Below, piece by piece: positions 26,351-35,562 of a DNA stretch of 35,562 bases. Position numbers and translations under genes: made by a program. A model generated the notes under the pieces. The model searched no databases. It was not told the origin of the DNA and saw nothing but the letters and a program-made list of their open reading frames with translations. Origin of the DNA: Candidatus Eiseniibacteriota bacterium (lineage in GTDB: Bacteria > Eisenbacteria > RBG-16-71-46); contig JANMQY010000014.1 of the NCBI GenBank assembly GCA_031370785.1, positions 1-35,562 on the forward strand, read 5' to 3'. Within the stretch, counting starts at the first letter, position 1. Every line of letters starts with the position of its first letter.

Positions 26351-28413
26351 ACCCCAGACCGGGTTCGACTGGCTCCGTGCACCCCGTCACCCTCGTCTTG
26401 ATCGTGCACGACCATCAGCCGGTCGGGAACTTCGACGGCGTGATCGACCGCGCGTGCGACGACGCCTACGCGCCGTTCCTCGCGTTTCTCGAGCGCCACC
26501 CCCGCGTGCGCCTGGCGCTACACATCAGCGGCCCGCTGCTCGAATGGATGGCGGCGCACCGGCGCGAGCTGATCGCGCGGCTGCGCGCGCTGGTCTCGCG
26601 CGGCCAGGTCGAGCCGTGGGGCGGGGGCTTCTACGAGCCGATCCTGCCCGCGATCCCCGAGCGCGACCGGGTGGCGCAGATCCGGGCGCTGAGCGACTGG
26701 ATCGAGGACGAGCTGGGCCAGCGTCCAACCGGCCTCTGGCTCACCGAGCGCGTCTGGGAGCCGCAGCTCGCCGCGACCCTGGTCGAGGCGGGAATGACGA
26801 TGACCGCGGTGGACGACGCCCACTTCACCGGCGCCGGGCTCGAGCGCGACGAGCTGTGGGGCACGTTTCTGACCGAGGATCAGGGAAAGGCGCTGCGCGT
26901 CTTCCCGATCCATCGCGAGCTGCGCTATGCGATCCCGTTCGAGCCACCGGACGCCACGCTCGAGCTGATGCGTCGAGTCGCGGCCGGCGGGCCGGGGCGC
27001 ATCGCGGTGCTGGGAGATGACGGCGAGAAATTCGGGGTCTGGCCGGGCACGCGCAAGCGCGTCTGGGAGGAAGGCTGGCTCGACCGGTTCGCCGAGATGC
27101 TGGAAGCCAATCCGTGGATCGAGTTGCGCACGCCTTCCGAGACGATCGCACACCACGCGCCGCTCGGCCTCGCCTATCTGCCCGAGGCTTCGTATCACGA
27201 GATGCAGGAGTGGGCGCTCAAGCCCGAGGCGCAGCGGCGCCACCAGCACGCGGCTGCCGCGCTCGAGCCGATCTTCGGCCCGGCCGCCGCGGATCTGGTG
27301 CGCGGCGGGCAGTGGCGCAGCTTCCTCACCCGATATCCGGAGTCGAACCGGCTCCACAAGCGCATGCTGCGCGCTTCGCGCCGGATCGAATCGCTCGCGC
27401 TCCGCGACGCCGAGTGGCGCGAGGCGAGGCGGCACCTGTGGCGCTCGCAGTGTAACTGTCCCTACTGGCACGGAGTGTTCGGAGGACTGTACCTGCCGAT
27501 GCTGCGCTCGGCGCTCTATCACGAGCTGATCGCCGCCGAGCGCTTCACCGCGCCGCCGGTCCCGCACGTCGAGCGCGGCGATCTGGATCTGGATGGAACC
27601 GAGGACGCGCTGCTCGAGACGCCCGAGCTGGCCGCGTGGATCTCCTCGCGCGGCGGCGCGATGTGGGCGTTCGACGACCGGCGCGCGGGCTGGAACTACG
27701 GCGACACGCTGGCGCGCCGACCGGAGGCTTATCACGAAGCGCTGCGCGGAGCGGTGGTGGGCGGCGGCGAGGGCGCGACCATTCATGGCGCCATCCGACT
27801 CACCGAGCCCGGGCTCGAAAAGCTGATCGAGAAGTACGACGAGGGCACGCGTGATTCGTTCCTCGAGCGCTGGGTCGAGGGCGCCGAGGAGTTCTCGTGG
27901 CGCATACGCCCGTTCACGTTCGGGCCCGGCGCCCCCGATGCGGTGAGCCTCGCCTGCGTGGAAGGAGAGGCGCCGGCCCTGACCAAGCACTTTCGCGCGC
28001 GCTCGGGCGTGCTCGAAATCGAGCTGGTCCTGGCCGCGACGCGCGCACGCCGCGGCCGGCTCGAGGTGACGCTGAATCTCGGGCTCCACGTGCCCGAGGC
28101 GCCCGATCGCTGGATTGAAATCGACGGGGCCAAAGCCCAGCCGCCCCACTTTGCGGCCAGCGCGTGCCATCAGGCGGTGCGGCGTGCGGCATTCGTGGAT
28201 GCATGGGCGGGACGGCGGCTGGAGGTCGCGGTCGATCGCCCGGCCGAGCTGCGCCGCGCGCCGATCGAGACGGTCTCGCTCTCGGAGCGTGGCGCCGAAA
28301 AGGTTTTCCAGGGCCTCGAGACGTGCTGGACGTTCGAAGCGGATCTCGCGCCGGGCGAGGCCTGGCGCGTGCTGTTCACGCTCGAGCCACGCCTCGAAGG
28401 GCGGCAGCCGTGA
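26347..28413 (+). CDS. GH57 4-alpha-glucanotransferase / alpha-amylase (DUF1925/DUF1926 type)
   Basis: HDHQPVGNF, GGFYEPIL, WLTERVWE (nucleophile Glu), DDGEKFG (acid/base Asp), SQCNCPYWHGVFGG. Start is GTG 26347 (overlap) or 26377. Confidence 0.9.
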   Translation: MNPRPGSTGSVHPVTLVLIVHDHQPVGNFDGVIDRACDDAYAPFLAFLERHPRVRLALHISGPLLEWMAAHRRELIARLRALVSRGQVEPWGGGFYEPILPAIPERDRVAQIRALSDWIEDELGQRPTGLWLTERVWEPQLAATLVEAGMTMTAVDDAHFTGAGLERDELWGTFLTEDQGKALRVFPIHRELRYAIPFEPPDATLELMRRVAAGGPGRIAVLGDDGEKFGVWPGTRKRVWEEGWLDRFAEMLEANPWIELRTPSETIAHHAPLGLAYLPEASYHEMQEWALKPEAQRRHQHAAAALEPIFGPAAADLVRGGQWRSFLTRYPESNRLHKRMLRASRRIESLALRDAEWREARRHLWRSQCNCPYWHGVFGGLYLPMLRSALYHELIAAERFTAPPVPHVERGDLDLDGTEDALLETPELAAWISSRGGAMWAFDDRRAGWNYGDTLARRPEAYHEALRGAVVGGGEGATIHGAIRLTEPGLEKLIEKYDEGTRDSFLERWVEGAEEFSWRIRPFTFGPGAPDAVSLACVEGEAPALTKHFRARSGVLEIELVLAATRARRGRLEVTLNLGLHVPEAPDRWIEIDGAKAQPPHFAASACHQAVRRAAFVDAWAGRRLEVAVDRPAELRRAPIETVSLSERGAEKVFQGLETCWTFEADLAPGEAWRVLFTLEPRLEGRQP

Positions 28414-29117
28414 ACCTCGCGCTGCTCGGCACGGTGCTGCTCGGCGGGGTCGCGGCGCTCGACGCCACGCCAGTCGCGCAGACCCTGCTGTCGCAGCCGC
28501 TCGCGACCGCCACCATCCTCGGATTCCTGTGGGGAGACTGGCGGGTCGCGATCGAAGTCGGGGTCGTGCTGCAGATCCTCGCGGCCAGCACGCTTCCGTT
28601 CGGCGCGCGCACGCCCGAGGACTACGCGACCGGCGGGGTCGTCGGCGCCGGGCTCGCGCTCGCGCTCTCCGCGCACCAGCCGTTCGAGATGTATCGCGAG
28701 AGCTGCGCGGTGGTCGGCGTGATCGCCGGCATGCTGGCCGCGGTCGGCGGCGTGCCGCTCCTCAAATGGCAGCGCCGGAGCAACGAAGGGCTGGCGCGCT
28801 GGTGCGAAGCCGAGCTGCTCGCGGGGCGCGAAGGCGCGCTCGGTGCGGCGCACGGTGCCGGCGTTGCCCTGTCGTTCGCGGTCGGTGTAGCGTACGTCGC
28901 CGTCCTGCTCGGGCTCGGGCTATGGGGCCTGTCCGGCGTGGTCGCCGCAGAGTCGCTGCACCTGGCGAGGGCGTGGGCGCTGGCGCAGCCGCTGTGGTTA
29001 GGGCTCGGGCTCGCCCAGCTGCTCAATGCGTTCGTGCAGCGGCGGCTGGCGCGCGCGGCGCTGTTCGGGATCGCACTGATCGGCGCGTGGCTGGCGCTGA
29101 TGGTGGGGACGCCCTAG
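28410..29117 (+). CDS. PTS mannose family EIIC
   Basis: LD...QTLLSQPL...ILG, LPFGARTPE; multiple hydrophobic segments; position before EIID. Confidence 0.85.
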   Translation: MNLALLGTVLLGGVAALDATPVAQTLLSQPLATATILGFLWGDWRVAIEVGVVLQILAASTLPFGARTPEDYATGGVVGAGLALALSAHQPFEMYRESCAVVGVIAGMLAAVGGVPLLKWQRRSNEGLARWCEAELLAGREGALGAAHGAGVALSFAVGVAYVAVLLGLGLWGLSGVVAAESLHLARAWALAQPLWLGLGLAQLLNAFVQRRLARAALFGIALIGAWLALMVGTP

Positions 29118-29118
29118 C

Positions 29119-29868
29119 ATGGCGCGCCTCAGACGGTCCGACCTGGCGCGCATGGCGCTGCGCGCTTCACTGTTGCAGGCGACCTGGAACTACGAGCGTC
29201 AGCAGGGGCTGGGCTGGGCATGGAGCCTGGGGCCCGCGCTGCGGCGGCTGTATCCGGATCACGACGAGCGCTGCGCGAGACTTGCCGAGCACACCGCGTA
29301 CTTCAACTCCCAGCCGACGCTCGCATCGTTCGCGCTCGGCGCGGTTGCCGCGCTCGAGGAGCGTCGCGCCGCGGGAGAGGGGCCGGACGCCATCGGCATG
29401 CTGCGCGTGCGCAGCGTGCTCGGCGCCTCGCTCGCAGCGCTCGGCGACCGGCTGTTCTGGCTCACGTTGCGTCCGCTTGCCGCGTGCCTGGGCGTGCTGT
29501 TCGCGCTGGGCGGGACGTGGCGCGGCGCGCTGGTGATGTGGCTGTGCTACAACGTAGTGCATCAGAGCCTGCGCTTTGCGGGAGTCGGGCTCGGCTATCG
29601 CGAAGGGCCGGCCGTGGTCAGCGAAGCGCGGCGGGCGCAGCTCGATCGGCTGACTCGGTTGCTGTGCCTGGGGGGCTCGGTGGTGGTCGGAGTGCTGGTG
29701 GCGGTGCTGCTGGTGCCGGGCGGAAATCCGCGGCCGGTCGTCTTTCAGGCGACGCTCAGTGCCGGACTCGGGCTCGGCCTGATCGTGGCGCAGCGGCCGC
29801 GGCCTTCGCCGACCGAGTGGGCACTCGGCGTGGGCGCACTGTGTCTGATCGCGGCATGGTGGCGATGA
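29119..29868 (+). CDS. PTS mannose family EIID
   Basis: LQATWNYERQQGLG, YFNSQP, LAALGDRLFWLTLRP. Confidence 0.9.
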   Translation: MARLRRSDLARMALRASLLQATWNYERQQGLGWAWSLGPALRRLYPDHDERCARLAEHTAYFNSQPTLASFALGAVAALEERRAAGEGPDAIGMLRVRSVLGASLAALGDRLFWLTLRPLAACLGVLFALGGTWRGALVMWLCYNVVHQSLRFAGVGLGYREGPAVVSEARRAQLDRLTRLLCLGGSVVVGVLVAVLLVPGGNPRPVVFQATLSAGLGLGLIVAQRPRPSPTEWALGVGALCLIAAWWR

Positions 29869-29887
29869 TTCTGCGAAAAGCGAGGCC

Positions 29888-30160
29888 GTGTTGACCGAAG
29901 CGAGTCTACTGATCCGCAACCAGCTGGGGCTCCACGCACGCGCCTGCGCGATGTTCGTCAAGACTGCCGCCAAGTTCCGTTCCGAGATCTTCGTGTCGCG
30001 CGACGACCTCGAGGTCAACGGCAAGAGTATCATGGGCGTCATGATGCTGGCGGCCGAAGAGGGCAGCACCATCAAGGTGCGCGCCGAGGGTCCGGATGAG
30101 AAAGAGGCGATCGCCGCGTTGACCGCACTGGTCGAAGGAAAGTTCGGAGGGGAGCCGTGA
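29888..30160 (+). CDS. ptsH: Phosphocarrier protein HPr
   Basis: NQLGLHAR (His15) and NGKSIMG (Ser46). Start may be TTG 29891. Confidence 0.95.
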   Translation: MLTEASLLIRNQLGLHARACAMFVKTAAKFRSEIFVSRDDLEVNGKSIMGVMMLAAEEGSTIKVRAEGPDEKEAIAALTALVEGKFGGEP

Positions 30161-31914
30161 CGTTCGAAGGAATCGCCGCTTCGCCCGGGATCGGCATCGG
30201 CCCGATCGTGCGCTACGAGCCCGAGGAGGTCGCGGTGCGCGATGAGCCGCTCGCCGAGGACCGGATCGACGCCGAGCTGGAGCGGCTGCGCGTCGCGATC
30301 GAGGCGTCGCGCGCCGATCTGACCAGCATCCGCGATCGCATCGCGCGCGAGCTCGGCGAAACCGAAGCCGGAATCTACGACGCGCACCTGATGATGCTCG
30401 ACGATCCCGAGCTGAAACGCGCGGTCGAGGAGAGCATCCGCCGCGACCGGCACCACGCCGGCTTTGCGTTCCGCAAGTACATGTCGGGCGTCGCCTCGCA
30501 CCTGGGGAAGCTCGAGGACGAATACCTGCGCGAAAAACGCTCGGACGTGCTCGACGTCGAGCGGCGCGTGCTGCGCCACCTGGTGGGCGGGGGCCCGCGC
30601 GTACTCGAGACCCTGCAGCAGCCTTCGATCGTGGTCGCCCACGACCTTCCGCCGAGCGAGGTCGCGGTGCTGGACCGGACCCGGGTGGCGGGATTCGTCA
30701 CCGAGGTCGGCTCGCGGACTTCGCATTCCGCGATCGTGGCGCGCGGCCGCGGCATCCCGGCGGTGGTCAGCGCTCGCGGCGTGATGCAGCACGTCAAGAA
30801 CGGAGACACGGGCGCGGTCGACGGATTCCGCGGCCGCTTCGAGCTCAACCCCGGAGAGCGCGAGCGCGCGTTCTACGCCGAGGAGTGCGAGCGACTCGAC
30901 CTCGAGGACCGGCAGCTGGCCGGCATCCTGAACGAGAGCGCGACCACGCTCGACGGTCACCGGATCGAGCTCGGCGTCAACATCGAGCAGCCGGGCGAGG
31001 TGGGCGGCGTGCTCGAATCGGGAGCCGATGGGATCGGGTTGTTTCGCACTGAATTCTTCTACCTCAACCGGCTCTCGCTGCCGAGCGAGGAGGAGCAGTA
31101 CCTGGCGTACCGCCACGTGGTGGAGCGCCTTAGCCCCCGCCCGGTGATCTTCCGCACCATGGATCTGGGGGGCGACAAGGTGGCTTCCTACCTCGGCATG
31201 ACCCACGAGACCAACCTGTTCCTTGGCTGGCGCGGAATCCGCTTCGCGCTCCATCACCCCGAGGTGTTCCGCGCTCAGTTGCGCGCGCTCTACCGGGCGA
31301 GTGCGCATGGACGCATGCGCGTCATGTTCCCGATGGTCTCGAGCGAAGGCGAGCTGCTGCGCGCGCGCCAGCTTTGCGACGAGGCGCGCGCCGAGCTGGA
31401 CCGCGCCCGCCACGCCTACGACCGCGATCTCGAGCTCGGAATCATGATCGAAACGCCGAGCGCGGTGTGGATGGCGGACGTGCTGGCTCGCCACTCCGCG
31501 TTCTTCTCGATTGGCACCAACGATCTCACCCAGTACACGCTGGCGATGGACCGCGACAGCGAGCGCCTTGCACATCTGTACGAGCCGCTCGAGCCAGCGG
31601 TGCTGCGCAGCATCGCGCACACGGTGCGAGTCGCGCGGCGCGCGAAGCGATGGGTCGGCGTGTGCGGCGAGATGGCCGGCGACCCGCGCACCGCGGTGCT
31701 CCTGATGGGATTCGGCGTGGACGAGCTGAGCATGACCCGATTCGACCTGCCGCGGGTCAAGTTCGCGATCCGCAGCGTGACCATGGCCGACGCGCGTGCG
31801 GTGGCCGAGCGCACGCTCGAGCTGCCGTCGGCCGACGCGGTCAAGGCGCTGCTCGCCGAGAAGCTCGATCCGGTGCTGGCCGCCGCGCTCACCGCGAAAC
31901 GGAGTCCGGCGTGA
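30157..31914 (+). CDS. ptsI: PTS enzyme I
   Basis: GIAASPGIGIG, TSHSAI (phospho-His), GIGLFRTEF, FSIGTNDLTQY, GVCGEMAG. Confidence 0.96.
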   Translation: MTFEGIAASPGIGIGPIVRYEPEEVAVRDEPLAEDRIDAELERLRVAIEASRADLTSIRDRIARELGETEAGIYDAHLMMLDDPELKRAVEESIRRDRHHAGFAFRKYMSGVASHLGKLEDEYLREKRSDVLDVERRVLRHLVGGGPRVLETLQQPSIVVAHDLPPSEVAVLDRTRVAGFVTEVGSRTSHSAIVARGRGIPAVVSARGVMQHVKNGDTGAVDGFRGRFELNPGERERAFYAEECERLDLEDRQLAGILNESATTLDGHRIELGVNIEQPGEVGGVLESGADGIGLFRTEFFYLNRLSLPSEEEQYLAYRHVVERLSPRPVIFRTMDLGGDKVASYLGMTHETNLFLGWRGIRFALHHPEVFRAQLRALYRASAHGRMRVMFPMVSSEGELLRARQLCDEARAELDRARHAYDRDLELGIMIETPSAVWMADVLARHSAFFSIGTNDLTQYTLAMDRDSERLAHLYEPLEPAVLRSIAHTVRVARRAKRWVGVCGEMAGDPRTAVLLMGFGVDELSMTRFDLPRVKFAIRSVTMADARAVAERTLELPSADAVKALLAEKLDPVLAAALTAKRSPA

Positions 31915-32972
31915 GTCCGCTCGAGCCGGCGTACGCCGCGCTGGATGCCTCGGGCATGCTCGCGCGCATCATGGGTCAGCCCGAACAGATCGAAGAAGCG
32001 CTGGCGCGGTCCGCGGCACACCGATGGCACGTGCCGATCGCGCCGGATCTGGTCGCGGTCGGTGCGCTGGGTGGCTCGGCGATCGGCGCCGACCTGTGCG
32101 CCGGGCTTTACTCCGACCGGTTGCCGAGGCCGCTGCTCACGGTGCGCGAGTACCGCTGGCCCGCGTGCGTCGGGCGCGCCTCGATCGCGGTGCTCTCCTC
32201 ATATTCGGGGAACACCGAGGAGACACTGGCGCTCTACCGCGAAGCGGGTATGCGCGGCATCCCGCGGGTCGCGATCACGACCGGCGGCGCGCTGGCCGAG
32301 GCGTGCGAGCGCGACGGGGTCGCCTTTGCACGGATGCCGGGGGGCTCGCCACCCCGCGCGGCGTTGTTTGCCTCGTGGGTACCTCTGACCCACCTGCTGG
32401 CAACGCTCGGCTGGGTGGACGATCCGGCTGCGGACTGGCGCGAGGCCGCGGCGGTGCTGCGCCAGGGAAATGCGACGCTCGGTCCGGATGCGAAGGAGCC
32501 CGCAAACCCGGCGCGCCGGCTGGCCGCCGCGCTGCACGGGCGGATGATCTTCACCTACGCGGCCTCCGAGCGGCTTGGCGCGGTGGCGACTCGGGTGAGG
32601 AATCAGCTCAACGAAAATGCTAAGCTGCTCGGCCATTCAGCCGTGGTCCCCGAGCTCAATCACAACGAGATCGTGGGATGGGAGAGGCCGGGGGCCGTGC
32701 ATGCGCTGGCCTCGGTGCTGATCCTGCACGACCGTGAGGACACGGCCGAGGTGACGCGCCGCCTGACGCTGACCGCGGACTACGCGCGCGAGCAGGGTGC
32801 GGCGGTGCACGAGGTGAGTTCGCGCGGGGAGAGCCGCATCGCGCGCCTCGCGTCGCTGGTGCAGTTCAGTGACTATCTGAGTTTCTGGCTCGCGATGCGG
32901 GGCGGCGTGGATCCGACGCCGATCGCGAGTATCGACACGTTCAAGCGGCGTCTCGCCGAGCCGCCACGCTAG
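31911..32972 (+). CDS. Bifunctional phosphoglucose/phosphomannose isomerase (SIS type)
   Basis: [52 protein letters not shown]. Confidence 0.9.
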   Translation: MSPLEPAYAALDASGMLARIMGQPEQIEEALARSAAHRWHVPIAPDLVAVGALGGSAIGADLCAGLYSDRLPRPLLTVREYRWPACVGRASIAVLSSYSGNTEETLALYREAGMRGIPRVAITTGGALAEACERDGVAFARMPGGSPPRAALFASWVPLTHLLATLGWVDDPAADWREAAAVLRQGNATLGPDAKEPANPARRLAAALHGRMIFTYAASERLGAVATRVRNQLNENAKLLGHSAVVPELNHNEIVGWERPGAVHALASVLILHDREDTAEVTRRLTLTADYAREQGAAVHEVSSRGESRIARLASLVQFSDYLSFWLAMRGGVDPTPIASIDTFKRRLAEPPR

Positions 32973-33142
32973 ACCGCAGCACCCGATCGCGCCGCCGCCG
33001 GTCCGCCGGAAGCGGGGCATCGGTCCAAAAAGCCGGCACATCAGCCCGAGGCCGGCGCGAAATGGCGGATGCGACTGCCCGGTGGCGCGCATCGCTCGAG
33101 TACTCACACCAAGGAATCGCGAACCGCGAGGAGTACGTACGC

Positions 33143-34288
<1,146 letters not shown>

Positions 34289-34301
34289 GCCCGGTCCAGC
34301 C

Positions 34302-35339
34302 ATGCACATCCTGATCCTCGGCGGCACGCGCTTCCTCGGCAGGTCTCTGGCCGAGAGCGCGCTCGCGGCAGGTCATCGCGTGACGCTGTTCCATCGCGGC
34401 CAGACCGGCTCCGACCTTTTCCCCGACGCCGAGCACGTGCGGGGCGATCGAGCGCAGGGCCTGGGCGCGCTCACCGGGCGGAAGTTCGACGCGTGTATCG
34501 ACACCTGCGGGTTCGTGCCGCGCTTGGTTCGCGCCTCGGCGGATCTGCTGCGCGGGAGAATTCATCACTACACGTTCATCTCGAGCCTGTCGGCCTACGC
34601 CGAGGGGATGCCGGTCGGCTACGACGAATCCGCTGCGCTCGGAGTGCTGGCCGATCCCGCGACCGAAGAGATCACCGGCGAATCCTACGGTCCGCTCAAG
34701 GCCCAGTGCGAGCGCGAGGTCGAGGCTGCATACCCCGGACGTGCGCTTCACGTGCGGCTCGGGCTCATCGTCGGCCCCAACGACTACACCGACCGCTTTC
34801 CCTACTGGGTCAAGCGCGTCGCCACCGGCGGGCGCGTGCTGGTGCCGGATTCGTCAGATCAGCGGGTCCAGTTCGTGGACGTGCGCGACGCGGCCGCGTG
34901 GATACTGCGCGGGGTTGTCGAGCGCCGCGCCGGGCCCTTCAACCTCACCGGGCCGCACGAGCCGCTCACCCTCGGCGGATTCCTCGAGCAGTGCCGCGTC
35001 GTGCTCAACCCGGACGCGAGCTTCGAGCCAGTGGAGGGAGCATTCCTGCTCGAGCAGGGCGTGACTCCGTGGTCCGAGGTGCCGCTCTGGGCACCGAAAG
35101 ACGCGAGCTTCCTCAACGCGAATTGCGGCCGGGCGATCAGGGCCGGGCTCGCGTTTCGTCCGCTCGAGGAAACACTGCGCGACACGCTTCGCTGGTGTCG
35201 CGAGCCGGGGTCCACGCGCGCGGCACCTGCATCGACGCAGGGGCCTCCGGTCGCCGCGAGCCTCACGCCGGAGCGTGAGCGCGAGTTGCTGGAGCTGTGG
35301 AAGGAGCGAGCGCGAGCGGGGACATCGCTGTCACGGTGA
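34302..35339 (+). CDS. NAD-dependent epimerase/dehydratase (extended SDR)
   Basis: ILILGGTRFLG, FISSLSAY, YGPLK (YxxxK), GLIVGP.D.TDRFPYW. Confidence 0.88.
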   Translation: MHILILGGTRFLGRSLAESALAAGHRVTLFHRGQTGSDLFPDAEHVRGDRAQGLGALTGRKFDACIDTCGFVPRLVRASADLLRGRIHHYTFISSLSAYAEGMPVGYDESAALGVLADPATEEITGESYGPLKAQCEREVEAAYPGRALHVRLGLIVGPNDYTDRFPYWVKRVATGGRVLVPDSSDQRVQFVDVRDAAAWILRGVVERRAGPFNLTGPHEPLTLGGFLEQCRVVLNPDASFEPVEGAFLLEQGVTPWSEVPLWAPKDASFLNANCGRAIRAGLAFRPLEETLRDTLRWCREPGSTRAAPASTQGPPVAASLTPERERELLELWKERARAGTSLSR

Positions 35340-35393
35340 CGGCTCGCGGCTGCACGAGTCCGGGACGTTCCTCGGCCACGATACCCAGTGCGT

Positions 35394-35562
35394 TCACCTG
35401 GGCCGCAGGCCCTCCTGCGGGCTCGTCGACAGGGTGTAGGCGCGTTCCACCTTCGCCACGCGCAGCACGTAGTCGGCGTACCAGCGATCGCGTCCCGTGC
35501 GCTGTGCGATCTGGTGGGCGACGAGGTGCTTCCACGCCCGGATTGCCTCTTCGCTCGCCCAG
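35394..35562 (-). CDS. Antibiotic biosynthesis monooxygenase (ABM) family protein, 3' part only
   Basis: Manual translation WASEEAIRAWKHLVAHQIAQRTGRDRWYADYVLRVAKVERAY...stop; absent from the ORF track. Confidence 0.8.
   Translation of the reverse strand, partial: WASEEAIRAWKHLVAHQIAQRTGRDRWYADYVLRVAKVERAYTLSTSPQEGLRPR

Overview
A GC-rich bacterial core-genome window (about 70% GC by eye) from a diderm, LPS-producing organism. The gene content suggests an FCB-related lineage such as Ca. Eisenbacteria (inference). Left to right: tRNA-Gly (partial) and tRNA-Phe; a sigma54-preceded GAF/histidine-kinase-like protein lacking the phospho-His; DUF3467; a truncated GH57 branching enzyme; an eIF2B-family protein; a radical SAM fusion and rng; a secreted 14-repeat FG-GAP protein and a lipoprotein; rplU-rpmA; mdh. 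A long co-directional run follows: kdsB-pyrG-kdsA-kdsC-kdsD-DUF488-lptC-lptB-rpoN-hpf-hprK-PTS IIA-IIB-[GH57 glucanotransferase]-IIC-IID-HPr-EI-PGI/PMI-metK-epimerase, then a partial ABM gene. I saw no mobile element or CRISPR array. The most notable points are the GH57 enzyme embedded in a mannose-family PTS with an archaeal-type PGI/PMI, the pseudo-kinase, the missing lptA, a sigma54 site over the rpoN operon promoter, and three lesions (tRNA-Phe acceptor stem, GH57 truncation, amber codon in metK) that may be biology or assembly error. Family calls come from motif recognition, not database searches.
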